Of a stretch of DNA of 64,000 bases, positions 1 through 13,516 are shown piece after piece; positions within the stretch are counted from its first letter, which is position 1; every line of letters begins with the position of its first letter. The DNA lies in NCBI GenBank assembly GCA_964016885.1, contig OZ024762.1, positions 5,456,001 through 5,520,000 of the forward strand, in the 5' to 3' direction. The translations under genes were made by a program, and so were the position numbers. Under the pieces are notes generated by a model. The model saw nothing but the letters and a program-made list of their open reading frames with translations, searched no databases and was not told the DNA's origin. This DNA is from Eledone cirrhosa (Eukaryota).

Positions 1-30
1 TACGTCCTCATCAGATAAAATATATAAATT
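1..30 (-). ncRNA. Edge-truncated second copy of the 15950-16010 hammerhead element
   Basis: tacgtcctcatcagataaaatata is nearly identical to 15989-16012 (TATTTTAT-CTGATGA-GGACGTA on the minus strand). Confidence 0.55.
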
Positions 31-78
31 GATGTATGACATACCTCAACTGTGCTGATGGTTCAATTCCAGTCTTGG

Positions 79-119
<41 letters not shown>

Positions 120-1490
120 CTATAGAATTCCACTGTTGACTTCGCCATATTGACTTCCTTGTGCCAAATTCAACGCCATGCCAAACATATTTTAAGTGTG
201 GCATGTCGTTAAAAATATTCTATCACCGTGATCACTAACTGGACTTTCACTATGCTGGGGACAACGCCTTTAGGATTTTCCTTTTTTTAGTCGATCTTAT
301 TTAGCGACCCGAATACTTTTTTTTTTTCTTTTATTATATGTCTGGTACTTATTTTATCGATCTCTGTCCATCAACATATCGAGACACCACATAGGCAAAA
401 ACGATGTAAGCGTAAAATCACAACCATCCATATATATATATATATATATATGCACACACACATATATACAGTGGTAGCCATGACTGGACCCCGAAACTTA
501 AGATCGCGCATGCATGTGAACACACACACACACATGGCACCCTTGGGAAAAGAAAATTCAAAATATCTCGTCTGATTCATTGGATTCATGGCGATCAAGT
601 TAGGGTTGAAGCTTGTCTATCGGAAAGGTGCGAAATATATATATATATTTTAAATGATATTCTACAGACGTACATTTTTGAATGGGTAGATTACAATTAT
701 GTTGATGGAATTTTAAAGGAAAGGTTTTATCATATTTTCACTATTTGTAGTAGAAATTACGTCAATTACATTACATTCCTGTATAAAATCTATGACCAGT
801 ATCCTGATTGATGTTTTATTCATTATCAACATATGATGAAAAATAAATCCAAAAATATTGCTTCCTTCAAACCCGTTAAGTAAAAAAAATTATTTCGCGA
901 AAGTGTTTTGAAGACCATATTCGTACAAAAACCACAGAGAAAAACATGTCACCCCAGAGCAAAGCGAGTGTAACATTAAAACACGAGAACTCCGAGGGTC
1001 TCCCTCCCTCCCTCAGTTAACTAAAAAAGGACTAATTCTCAGTCTTTTTGAAGGCCACATTCGTTCAAGACATCAACAATTCTATAGAAAAACATAAAGA
1101 CGAGTGTGATTGAATAAATTAACCGAAGCATTAGTTCTTTTTCAAATTTCATCAACACGATCATCGTTATCTCCATCATGGAAAACGTATCTCTAAATGT
1201 TATTAATATACATTAAGCTATTTAGGCCTGGTTAGGGTTCTATCGTCGGTCTGTACCTGTTAATCACACACATATTTCCATCCACCTGTATTTTAAATTT
1301 ACTTGAGAAAAAAAAATACAATAAACGCATTCATTTGCGAAACTATTTTCTATAAGTGAAGCAGTCAGATAGAAAACACAGGCCTTTTGTATCAACGAAG
1401 AACTTGTCAATGATGGTTGATTGTCGTATAGATGGTGGTAGTGGTGGTGGTGACAGTTGTATGGTTATAAAAAAAGCAGGTAAAACCACC

Positions 1491-1507
1491 TATATATATA
1501 TATATAT

Positions 1508-1563
<56 letters not shown>

Positions 1564-2143
1564 GTATGTATATATATATATATTGTATATATATATATTG
1601 TATATATATACATATTGTGTATATATATACATATTGTGAATATATATACATATTGTGTATATATATACATATTGTATATATATATATATATTGTATATAT
1701 ATACATATTGTGTATATATATATTGTATATATATATATATATTGTATATATATACATATTGTATATATATACATATTGTATATATATACATATTGTATAT
1801 ATATACATATTGTATATATATACATATTGTATATATATACATATTGTATATATATACATATTGTATATATATACATATTGTATATATATACATATTGTAT
1901 ATATTATATATATATATATATTGTATATATATACATATTGTATATATATATATATTGTATATATATACATATTGTATATATATATATATTGTATATATAT
2001 ATATATTATATATATATATATATATATATTGTATATATATACATATTGTATATATATACATATTGTATATATATATATATTGTATATATGTATATATTGT
2101 ATATATATACATATTGTATATATATATATATTGTATATATATA

Positions 2144-2182
<39 letters not shown>

Positions 2183-2252
2183 ATATATATACATATTGTA
2201 TATATATACATATTGTATATATATACATATTGTATATATATACATATTGTAT
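1491..2252. repeat. (TA)n/TATACATATTG microsatellite
   Basis: Direct inspection. Confidence 0.95.
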
Positions 2253-2297
2253 ACTAACAGATTTACCCGGCGTTGCTCGGGGTTTGAAATTATGCTG

Positions 2298-2630
2298 TCC
2301 CATGGTCGGGTTGTTGGCGACTAAACTGGCAACCCCACCAAGGTTTCTTGGTGAGGAGGGTGACTTTGGACATCCTGCAGGACTAAAAATAAAAGCTTCA
2401 CGGCACAGGCATTGCTTTATATCTGGAGATCTCTCTGCACTTGTTGTCACATGGTACCATGGGCCCAGCACTATGTGTCAATAATTGTCACAAGTGTAGT
2501 GTTTGTACCGGAGTTTTCAAGTCGCTGGCTGGACTAAAAAGTCACACTCGTTCTGCGCATCGGTAGGGGTTCTCCTACATGGATATAAAGTAGTGGCCAT
2601 ACTTGAAAACGAGTTGGCAGCCACCATATA
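2298..2630 (+). mobile_element. Non-autonomous RTE/BovB-like element, internally deleted, with C-terminal C2H2 zinc-finger remnant
   Basis: 2495-2566 reads [24 protein letters not shown] longer homolog lies at 15188-15785 (-). Confidence 0.6.
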
Positions 2631-2972
2631 TATATGTATGTATGCCTACAGCCTTGGCTACACATCACCTTTACAGAATTAGTTGCCTCCACTCTGTGTC
2701 ATGTGACCATGGAAGGGAAGTAATCAGGCATGTGCTTTATCAAAAGATCACTGTGGTACATTTTTTTTCAATATGGACCAAGGAGCACCCGACCAGAGCT
2801 TCTAAGTAGAAAGCAAAGAGAAATGCTTTTCATCCTTCCAGGATCAATAAAGTACCAGTTAAGTACTGGGGTTGATATAATCAACTTTCCTCTCTCCCCA
2901 AATTGCTGGCCTTGTGCTAATATTAGAATTATTTTGGTTGTTTGATTTATATTTGTATATTTTTCTCTTCAG

Positions 2973-3060
2973 CTTTTGTGAACCAGCTGTCCCCAGTCGC
3001 AGAAGAAGGTTCTCTTTAACCTCCGCTACCAGCATAATGGATCTAACAGAACTGACATTT
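2973..3060 (+). CDS. ARHGEF3: Exon A (FCEPAVPSRRRRFSLTSATSIMDLTELTF); may be partly 5'UTR with start ATG at 3037
   Basis: Pyrimidine tract plus cag acceptor (2971-72) and GTAAGT donor at 3061. Phase-0 end fits the next exon. No recognisable homology. Confidence 0.65.
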
Positions 3061-3475
3061 GTAAGTTTACCATATTCCCTTACCGTATTTCTTTACCATA
3101 TTCCTAATGACAAATGCTGCCCTATGGTCAGTTGATCTATCAGAATTGACCCTTTTAAGTTTACCATATTCCTAATGACAGACGCTACCTATGGTTTCAT
3201 TTAGTGGTCAGTAAATAGATATGCAGTAAACAGATAAAGGGTGCAACAAGGCATAGAATTGCCACGGGATAGGGATCATGTTGGGATGAGGGAGTGAGGC
3301 TGATGATATTCCCCAACTCCCTATGGTTTCATTTAGTGGTCATTGTTTTGATTTGACATTTATAAATAGATATTTTCCACATTCCCTAACTATATTTCTT
3401 AGGAAAAACACTGCCCTACAATTTTATTGCCGTGGTCAATAACTCTATTGTGTCGACATTTGTAAGTTTACCATA

Positions 3476-3810
3476 GAGGCACATGGCTTAGTGGTTAGAG
3501 CATTGGCCTCGCAATCGAAAGGTTGTGAGTTCAATTCTCAGACCGGGTGATGTGTTGTTTCCTTGAGCAAGACACTTTATTTCACATTGCTCCAGTTTAC
3601 TCAGCTGTAGAAATGAGATAAGGACTGGGGTCCATATCATTCCACTGCAAAGTGGTCGTGGAGGTGCCACGGCGTAAAAGCACCCAGCACTCACTGTAAA
3701 TGAAGTTGGTGTTAGGAAGGGCATCCAGCTGTAGAAATCAAGCCAGAATCAGTTCCCGTCCCACCCTTGCAAGCAGGGAAAAAGCGGACGTAAAATGAAA
3801 TGATGATGAT
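3476..3810 (+). mobile_element. tRNA-derived SINE (CORE-like middle, RTE-type 3' tail)
   Basis: A-box TGGCTTAGTGG, B-box GTGAGTTCAATTC, CCTTGAGCAAGACACTT segment and GGACGTAAAATG(ATG)n tail. Copies at 29765-30068, 16190-16360(-), 7529-7645, 17981-18250, 23959-24200. Confidence 0.88.
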
Positions 3811-3854
3811 TCCTAATGTAAGACACTTCCTATGATTTTCTTTTAGTGGTCAGT

Positions 3855-4380
3855 AAGCTCCGGTGTAGCAGGTCTTTTAAAAATTGAAATATCTTGACCA
3901 TAGACACATCACAGCTCCTGTGTAGCAGGTCTTTTAAAAATTAACATATCTTGACCATAGACACATCACAGCTCCTGTGTAGCAGGTCTTTTAAAAATTA
4001 ACATATCTTGACCATAGGCACATCACAGCTCCTGTGTAGCAGGTCTTTTAAAAATTAACATATCTTGACCATAGACACATCACAGCTCCTGTGTAGCAGG
4101 TCTTTTAAAAATTAACATATCTTGACCATAGGCACATCACAGCTCCTGTGTAGCAGGTCTTTTAAAAATTAACATATCTTGACCATAGGCACATCACAGC
4201 TCCTGTGTAGCAGGTCTTTTAAAAATTAACATATCTTGACCATAGGCACATCACAGCTCCTGTGTAGCAGGTCTTTTAAAAATTAACATATCTTGACCAT
4301 AGGCACATCACAGCTCCTGTTTACCATTGGTATTTTTTAGAATTTAAAATATCTTGACCGTAGATACTTCACAGCTCCAG
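3855..4380. repeat. 57-bp minisatellite, ~9 copies
   Basis: ACAGCTCCTG at 3911, 3968, 4025... Confidence 0.95.
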
Positions 4381-4609
4381 TGACATGGTATAAAACTGGT
4401 GACATCTTTTACATGGTTGTCTGATACCCCCTCTCACAAACCAATCCTGGCTGTCTGATAGATAGGAAAGAAAAAAAAGCGTTAAAAACATCAAAAATAA
4501 AGACTTGGGCTTCTTTGTGAGTTGTTAATGATTTAATAAGTGGTGTGGTGGAACGAGGTTAAGTAGATAACAAAGAAAATCAACCCTAGAAGAGGAAGCA
4601 AACATCACA

Positions 4610-5122
4610 TTACATATACATACTTATACAAATATATACACATTTGGATGTATATACATACTTATACATATATATACACATGTATATATACACATTTGGA
4701 CATATACACATACTTATACATATATATACACATGTATATATACACATTTGGACATATACATACTTATACATATATATACACATGTATATATACACATTTG
4801 GACATACACACATACTTATACATATATATATATACATGTATATATACACATTTGGACATATACATATACACTCACTTGTAACACATGTATATATACATAC
4901 TTGTATGTATACACACACTTGAACATATACGCGTGTATATATACATTCTTGAACATATACACACGTTTATATATACACACACTTGAACATATACACACAT
5001 ATGAACGTATACACATACATGTATATATATATATATACATTCTTACACATATATATATATATACACATACTTGTATATATAAACACACTTGAATATATAT
5101 ACACACTTGTACATGTTCATAT

Positions 5123-5165
<43 letters not shown>
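4610..5165. repeat. CA/TA compound microsatellite
   Basis: Direct inspection. Confidence 0.9.
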
Positions 5166-5166
<1 letters not shown>

Positions 5167-5844
5167 CTGTTCAGTCGTCAACCAAAATTAGATTGTCGTC
5201 TGCTTTGTTTGAAGTTTCTTTATGTATATTTCTAATAAGTTGTTGCCTCATTTTGGAGGACTGATTATTGGGAGGAGGAAGGGGAGTAGTGGGAGGTTGG
5301 GTTTAACATACAGTAGTAGTATCTTCTCTCACTCCTCTCTCACTGAAACGTCTTCTCTTTCCTCCTCCATTGTAAAGATGTCCCCAGGGGTTCCATTCTT
5401 GAATTTTATTGAAATCCAATTAACCAGTCCTGTTTCTGAATATTAGCTTTACACGTGTGTGTAAAGTTTCATCAGGATCGGATCACTGGTGTAGGCGCCA
5501 ACTGGTTACACACAGACAGAAATTGCCATTTATATAGCAGATGATAATAATAATTTCTACTTTAGGCACGAGGCGAAAGTCGATTGAATCAACTCCAGTA
5601 CATTACTGGTACTTTATTTTATCGACCCCGTAAGGATGAAAGGCAAAGCTAACCTCGGCGGGGTTTAAACTTAGAACGTAAAGGGGCATAACTATCATAT
5701 ATGCCAGAAAGCATGTTGTACGATGCTCTACCGATATTGCCAATCCAACACTCCTTGCCAGAACGTAGAGGGACGTAACTCTATGCCACAAATCATGTCG
5801 TATGAGTCCCTGCTGGTTCTAATAGGTTTTATTTTTATTTTCAG

Positions 5845-5907
5845 AAGCGGAAGAGGAAGAAAGATGATGACACTATCAGTGTCCAGAGTTTGGATATGTC
5901 ATTCAAG
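5845..5907 (+). CDS. ARHGEF3: Exon B (KRKRKKDDDTISVQSLDMSFK), NLS-like basic cluster
   Basis: ttttcag acceptor, AAG|gttggt donor. Matches the ARHGEF3/NET1 N-terminal KRK..DD..S..SLD motif. Confidence 0.88.
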
Positions 5908-5924
5908 GTTGGTACAGGTTTTTA

Positions 5925-6860
5925 GTGTGTGTGCATGTGTGTTTGAGTGTGTGTGCGTGTGGCATGTGTCTATTTGTGAGTTTGAGTGTGTGTGCATGTG
6001 GCTTGTATGGGTGTATGTGTGTTTGTGAGTGTGTGTGTGTGTGGCATGCGTGTATTTGTGAGTTTGAGTGTGTGTGCATGTGGCTTGTATGGGTGTATGT
6101 GTGTTTGTGTGAGTGTGTGTGTGTGGCAGGCGTGTATTTGTGAGTTTGAGTGTGTGTGCATGTGGCTTGTATGGGTGTATGTGTGTTTGTGTGAGTGTGT
6201 GCATGTGGCATGCGTGTATTTGTGAGTTTGAGTGTGTGTGCATGTGGCATGTATGGGTGTATGTGTGTTTGTGAGTGTGTGCGTGTGGCATGCGTGTATT
6301 TGTGAGTTTGAGTGTGTGTGCATCTGGCTTGTATGGGTGTATGTGTGTTTATGAGTGTGTGCGTGTGGCATGTGTGCATTTGTGAGTTTGAGTGTGTGTG
6401 CATGTGGCTTGTATGGGTGTATGTGTGTTTGTGAGTGTGTGCATGTGGCATTTGTGAGTTTGAGTGTGTGTGCATGTGGCATGTATGGGTGTTTGTGAGT
6501 GTGTGCGTGTGGCATGCGTGTATTTGTGAGTTTGAGTGTGTGTGCATGTGGCTTGTATGAGTGTATGTGTGTTTGTGTGTGTGTGTATGTGTGTATTTGT
6601 GAGTTTGAGTGTGTGTGCATGTGGCATGTATGGGTGTATGTGTGTTTGTGAGTGCGTGCGTGTGGCATGTGTGCATTTGTGAGTTTGAGTGTGTGTGCAT
6701 GTGGCTTGTATGGGTGTATGTGTGTTTGTGAGTGTGTATGTGGCATGTGTGTATTTGTGAGTTTGAGTGTGTGTGCATGTGGCTTGTATGGGTGTATGTA
6801 TGTTTGTGAGTGTGTGTATGTGGCATGTGTGTATTTGTGAGTTTGAGTGTGTGTGTGTGA
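5925..6860. repeat. GT-rich ~60-70-bp compound minisatellite
   Basis: Recurrent TTTGTGAGTTTGAGTGTGTGTGCATGTGGC. Confidence 0.9.
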
Positions 6861-7864
6861 TTTTCTTTTCTACATGATTATGTATTCCCTATTCTGTAGT
6901 GTTATACAGTGAGGGAGTCAACAAAGTAGGTAAAACATCTGATGAAATGTATTCTGCTATTCAGTTGATGTCAGCTGTGAAAATATTTCAGTCCTCAACT
7001 TTTCCTTAACCTTCAGCATGCTAGAAAGTTTTATGATTGCTTGCCTTGACACTGATTGGCAGTATCGGTAGAGCGTCGGACACCATGCTTTGCGACACAG
7101 AGTTATCACCCATTACGTTCTGATTTCAAATCCCGCCTTTCATCCTTATACAGTCGATATAATAAAGTACCAGTAATGCACTGGGGTAATTGCTGGCCTT
7201 GTGCCAAAAGTAGAAACAATTATGTATTAAGGGGAGAGTACTCTATATTGGCGACATAACACGCCAAGAGCGTGCTCAAGGTTAACCACTCTCTTGCCAC
7301 ATTAATCACCATATTACGAAGACTTTGTTCTATCTATCTATCTACCTGTGTGTCTATCTATCTATCTATCTACCTGTGTGTCTGTCTCTCTATATCTATC
7401 TATGTATCTATCTATCTATCTATATGTGTGTCTATCTCTCTGTATCTATCTATCTATCTATCTACCTGTGTGTCTATCTCTCTGTATCTATCTATCATTC
7501 TATCTATCTACCTCTGTATCTATTTATCGAAGGCATGTGGCTTGGTGGTTAGAGAATTGAATTCGCAATCGTGAGATTTTGAGTTTGATTCCTGGACCAA
7601 GTGATGTGTTGGGGGGTCCTTGAGCAAAATAGTTCATTTCACGCTCTTTCTGCCAGGAGTTGTGACAGAATCAGCAATGGAAGGACCAATAGAAACATTG
7701 TTTCCTTGGTTCAATTTGACGAATTCCACTCCACTTTGTATGTGGTCTTGTCAATTGATTCTATCTATTTCATCTGATCTGACTTGACTCACAGCAGGAC
7801 AACTCGTCCAACCCATTCTAAGGTAGAAAAATGGTTAAAACGTTTAATGGTGATGATGATGCTA

Positions 7865-8266
7865 ACAATTGTTTCTACTTTTGGCACAAGGCCAGCAATT
7901 ACTCAGTACATTACTGGTACTTTATTTTATCGACCCCGTAAGGATGAAAGGCAAAGTTAACCTCGGCGGGATTTGAACTCAGTCCGTAAAGGGACGTAAC
8001 TCTATGCTGAAAGCACGGCGTCCGACTCTCTACCAATACTGCTATCCACCGCCCTTGGTGATGATGATGATAATAATTGTTTCTAATTTTGGCACAAGGC
8101 CAGCAAATCACCCAGTTCATTACTGGTACTTTATTTTATCGACCCCGTAAGGATGAAAGGCAAAGTTGACCTCGGCGGGATTTGAACTCAGGATGGCAAG
8201 GGCCGTAACTCTATGCATCAAGGTATGGCGTCCGACCCTCTACCGATACTGCCAATCCACCGCCCT
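7865..8266 (-). mobile_element. Tandem pair of the second tRNA-SINE family (GCCTTTCATCCTTACGGGGTCGATAAAATAAAGTACCAG domain)
   Basis: TTGGCAGTATCGG A-box and GAGTTCAAATCCC B-box. Other copies at 5547-5750(-), 7050-7222, 32634-32790, 37290-37467(-), 52700-52845, 62068-62290. Confidence 0.88.
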
Positions 8267-8408
8267 TGGTGATGATGATGATGATGATGATAATAATAAT
8301 GTGTTGCATTTCTGTATCTTTCAAACAATAATTCTTCAGTAGCAGTCGATTACTTTGAAGGCTGTTGAACCATTACGGTCAAAGAGAAACGATTCTAGCT
8401 GGCAATTT

Positions 8409-8963
8409 TGGTGGTGGTGGTGGTGGTGGTGGTGATGGTAGTGGTGGTGGTGGTGGTGGTGTTGGTGATGGTTGTCATGATGGTGGTGTTGGTGATGGTA
8501 GTGGTGGTGGTGGTGGTGGTTGTCATGATGGTGGTGTTGGTGATGGTAGTGGTGGTGGTGGTGGTGGTTGTCATGATGGTGGTGTTGGTGATGGTAGTGG
8601 TGGTGGTGGTGGTGATGGTGGTGGTGGTGGTGGTGGTGGTGGTGGTGGTGGTGTTGGTTGTCATGATGGTGGTGTTAGTGATGGTGGTGGTGGTGGTGGT
8701 GATGGTAATAATTGTGGTCTGGATGGTGGTTGTCATCCTGGTAATGATGGTGATAGTAATGGTGGTGGTGGTGGTAATGTTGTTGGTGGTGGTGGTGATG
8801 GTGGTAATGATGATGTTGGTAATGTTGGTGGTGGTGATGGTGGTAATGATGATGTTGGTAATGTTGGTTGGTGGTGTTGTTGGTGGTGGTGGTGGTGATG
8901 TTGGTAATGATGGTGGTAATGTTGGTAATGATGATGGTGGTAATGTTGGTAATGATGGTGATG

Positions 8964-8995
<32 letters not shown>
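8409..8995. repeat. (GGT/GAT)n trinucleotide region
   Basis: Direct inspection. Confidence 0.9.
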
Positions 8996-9164
8996 GAGGA
9001 GGAAGAGGAATTACAGATAGTGTTGATGTTGATTGTCAGTTGTTGGTGCAATAATTAGAACCAGTTACAACACAACTGCTGCTGCAGTTGCAGCTACAGC
9101 AGCCATTACATCTCTCTCTCTCCTTCCTCTTAGTTCCATCTACAGTAACACAAGCACTTACATC

Positions 9165-9775
9165 TCTCTCTCCCCTCTCTCTTTCTTCCTGTCTCTCCCC
9201 TTCCTCTTTCTTCCTCTCTCTCCCCTTGCTCTTTCTTCCTGTCTCTCCCCTTGCTCTTTCTTCCTGTCTCTCCCCTTGCTCTTTCTTCCTGTCTCTCCCC
9301 TTCCTCTTTCTTCCTGTCTCTCCCCTTCCTCTTTCTTCCTGTCTATCCCCTTGCTCTTTCTTCCTGTCTCTCCCCTTCCTCTTTCTTCCTGTCTCTCCCC
9401 TTCCTCTTTCTTCCTGTCTATCCCCTTCCTCTTTTTTCCTGTCTCTCCCCTTCCTCTTTCTTCCTGTCTATCCCCTTGCTCTTTCTTCCTGTCTCCCCCC
9501 TTGCTCTTTCTTCCTGTCTCTCCCCTTCCTCTTTCTTCCTGTCTCTCCCCTTCCTCTTTCTTCCTGTCTCTCCCTTTGCTCTTTCTTCCTGTCTATCCCC
9601 TTCCTCTTTCTTCCTGTCTATCCCCTTCCTCTTTCTTCCTGTCTCTCCCCTTGCTCTTTCTTCCTGTCTCTCCCCTTGCTCTTTCTTCCTGTCTCTCCCC
9701 TTCCTCTTTTTTCCTGTCTATCCCCTTCCTCTTTCTTCCTGTCTCTCCCCTTCCTCTTTCTTCCTGTCTCTCCCT
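9165..9775. repeat. 25-bp polypyrimidine minisatellite
   Basis: GTCTCTCCCCTT at 9241, 9266, 9291... Confidence 0.95.
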
Positions 9776-10454
9776 GTTGTCCTCTCCTGCGCTCCTTCTT
9801 TCTCTCTCTTTTTGCCCCCTCTCCCAGTTACTCTCCTTGTTGCCCACTCTCTCTCTCCCTCTCTTTGTCATCCTCTATTTGCCCTTCCTCTCTCTCCTCA
9901 TCCTTTCTTGCCCTCCTTCTTTCTTTGTCTTCCTCTTTGATTCCTTCCTTGCTTTCTTTCTCTCTCGTGTTCTCTCTTTCACCTCACTTTTCTCCTTCCT
10001 CTCTTTCTCCCTTCTCTCTCTCTTCCCTTCCTCTTTCTTTCTCTCTCTCCTCCCCCTCATCTCTCTTCTCTTTTCTCCCCTTCCTCTTTCTTCTTCTCTC
10101 CCCTTCCTCTTTCTTCCTCTCTCCCCTTCCCCCTCTCTCTTCCCACCCACTCACTACCACCCCCATTCAACAACATTGCCACCCACTCTTCCACACAACT
10201 GAATGTACTGTAGATAGCCAACTGTCTCACAACAAGACAGAGACAAAGTAGCAATACACAAGAGGCTAGGGACACTAAATCAACCCCTGCCCCAGCCCCC
10301 TATAATTCTGACACCCCCACAGATGCACTCATTAACCTCAGTAACATCCAACAGTCGTGGGGTCTGTGAAAATATGCCATGGAATTCCAAAGAGAACTGC
10401 CCTGGTCGGAAGAACGACATGTTGAAAGCTGTTTACTCTTGTATGGAGACATGT

Positions 10455-11015
10455 ACCATCCTAATGGAGAACCATACCATCAACCAAAAGGTAGTGTCAT
10501 CACCTTACCATTATAGTCTCTTCTGTCTCTTCTTCCTTCTTCTTTATAATTTGTCTCTCTCTCTCCATCTATCTATACCATCCTAATGGAGAACCATACC
10601 ATCAACCAAAAGGTAGTGCCATCACCTTACCATTATAGTCTCTTCTGTCTCTTCTTCCTTCTTCTTTATAATTTGTCTCTCTGTCTTTCCATCTATCTAT
10701 ACCATCCTAATGGAGAACCATACCATCAACCAAAAGGTAGTGTCATCACCTTACCATTATAGTCTCTTCTGTCTCTTCTTCCTTCTTCTTTATAATTTGT
10801 CTCTCTGTCTTTCCATCTATCTATACCATCCTAATGGAGAGCCATACCATCAGCCAAAAGGTAGTGCCATCACCTTACCATTATAGTCTCTTCTGTCTCT
10901 TCTTCCTTCTTCTTTATAATTTGTCTCTCTCTCTTTCCATCTATCTATACCATCCTAATGGAGAGCCATACCATCAACCAAAACGTAGTACCATCACCTT
11001 ACCATTATAGTCTCT
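10455..11015. repeat. 124-bp tandem repeat, ~4.5 copies
   Basis: ACCATCCTAATGGAGA at 10455, 10577, 10701, 10825, 10949. Confidence 0.95.
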
Positions 11016-11082
11016 TATTCATCATTTGTCTTTCTGGCACTCTCACTCTCTCTATCTGTCTATACATCTGTTAACCGGCTTT

Positions 11083-12205
11083 ACATCTGTTTATCTGTCT
11101 ATACGTCTGTTTATCTGTCTATACGTCTGTTTATCTGTCTATACATCTGTTTATCTGTCTTTACATCTGTTTATCTGTCTATACGTCTGTTTATCTGTCT
11201 ATACATCTGTTTATCTGTCTATACATCTGTTTGTCTGTCTATACGTCTGTTTATCTGTCTATACGTCTGTTTATCTGTCAATACATCTGTTTATCTGTCT
11301 ATACGTCTGTTTATCTGTCTATACGTCTGTTTATCTGTCTATACGTCTGTTTATCTGTCTATACGTCTGTTTATCTGTCAATACATCTGTTTATCTGTCT
11401 ATACGTCTGTTTATCTGTCTATACGTCTGTTTATCTGTCTATACATCTGTTTATCTGTCTGTCTATACATCTGTTTATCTGTCTATACGTCTGTTTATCT
11501 GTCTATACATCTGTTTATCTGTCTTTACGTCTGTTTATCTGTCTATACGTCTGTTTATCTGTCAATACATCTGTTTATCTGTCTATACATCTGTTTATCT
11601 GTCTATACGTCTGTTTATCTGTCTATACATCTGTTTATCTGTCTATACATCTGTTTATCTGTCTATACGTCTGTTTATCTGTCTATACATCTGTTTATCT
11701 GTCTATACATCTGTTTATCTGTCTTTACGTCTGTTTATCTGTCTATCTGTCTGTCTATACGTCTGTTTATCTGTCTATACATCTGTTTATCTGTCTTTAC
11801 GTCTGTTTATCTGTCTATCTGTCTATACATCTGTTTATCTGTCTATACATCTGTTTATCTGTCTATACGTCTGTTTATCTGTCTATACATCTGTTTATCT
11901 GTCTATACATCTGTTTATCTGTCTATACATCTGTTTATCTGTCTATACATCTGTTTATCTGTCTATACATCTGTTTATCTGTCTATACATCTGTTTATCT
12001 GTCTATACGTCTGTTTATCTGTCTATACATCTGTCTATCTGTCTATACATCTGTCTATCTGTCTATACATCTGTTTATCTGTCTATACATCTGTTTATCT
12101 GTCTATACATCTGTTTATCTGTCTATACGTCTGTTTATCTGTCTATACATCTGTTTATCTGTCTTTACGTCTGTTTATCTGTCTATACATCTGTTTATCT
12201 GTCTA
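11083..12205. repeat. 20-bp minisatellite (ATACRTCTGTTTATCTGTCT)
   Basis: Direct inspection. Confidence 0.95.
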
Positions 12206-12658
12206 CCTGTTTGCCTCTTGGCCTTCTCTCTCTCTCTCTATACATATATACATACACACACACACACATATATATATATATTCCCACCCTTGCAAGCAAG
12301 GAAAAGCGGACGTAATCTGATGATATATATATATATATATATATAAATGTATATATGTATATATATATATGTATATATATATGTATATATATATATGTAT
12401 ATATATATGTATATATATGTATATATATATATATGTATATATATGTATTGTTATATTTGGGGAGGGTCATATTTGCGTAATATTGCCAGAATTAATAACA
12501 GAACACACTCACTGTTTGGTTGGTTTTCGCTTCTCGCTGTCTTTTATATATATATATCTGCGATCTAGCTTACTCGGTCCTCAATGTTGCCATTGACTGA
12601 CCGGCGGTCAAAAATAATACAGATACAATATAGACAAACACATATATATATAGTTTAC

Positions 12659-13180
12659 ATAAATCTTTCGTTGCACATCTGCAACATCGTCAGTGGTGTT
12701 ATATTCATTGTTCCTCCTGTTGTGTTGTATGTCTACGCCATTTTTTTTGTTCAGTCTGTCTATATATTTATTTATTTATTTGCTTGTTTGTTTATCTTAT
12801 TTTATTTTGTCTTCTTTGCGCATGCGTTTGCGTGTGTGTATAGTGTTATGTGTGATGTGTGATGTGTGACTAGTGTGTATAGTGTTGTCTGCTGGGTGAC
12901 TAGTGTGTGTTTATGTGCTTGTGTATGTATTTATTTATCTTATTTTACAGACAACACTATACACACTAGTCACACATCACACATCACACATAACACTATA
13001 CACACACGCAAACGCATGCGCAAAGAAGACAAAATAAAATAAGATAAACAAACAAGCAAATAAATAAATAAATATATAGACAGACTGAACAAAAAAAATG
13101 GCGTAGACATACAACACAACAGGAGGAACAATGAATATAACACCACTGACGATGTTGCAGATGTGCAACGAAAGATTTAT
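12659..13180. mobile_element. Fold-back element: 233-bp inverted repeat, hammerhead core at both outer ends (Penelope-like/retrozyme candidate)
   Basis: Arms 12659-12891 and 12948-13180 are reverse complements (identical peptides in the opposite-strand ORF track). CTGACGA-T-GTTGCA-GATG-TGCAAC-GAAA at 13146-13173. Confidence 0.7.
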
Positions 13181-13299
13181 ATATATATGTACATATATAT
13201 AAATGTATATAAATGTATATATACATATATATATGTATATATATATGTATATATATATATGTATATATATATATGTATATATATATATGTATATATATG

Positions 13300-13398
<99 letters not shown>

Positions 13399-13403
13399 CT
13401 ATG

Positions 13404-13434
<31 letters not shown>

Positions 13435-13439
13435 CTATG

Positions 13440-13470
<31 letters not shown>

Positions 13471-13471
13471 C

Positions 13472-13516
<45 letters not shown>

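Noticed and set aside
1356-2484. Long YI-rich ORFs (also at 13163-14077 and 43927-44577)
   Set aside because: (TA)n microsatellite artefacts.
3476-3550. tRNA gene
   Set aside because: The A/B boxes belong to a multi-copy SINE head; no complete cloverleaf.
8365-10251. Gly/Val/Thr-rich and Leu/Ser/Pro-rich ORFs (also at 27090-29565 and 41897-43855)
   Set aside because: Trinucleotide and polypyrimidine repeats open in several frames; they lie in introns of the RhoGEF gene.
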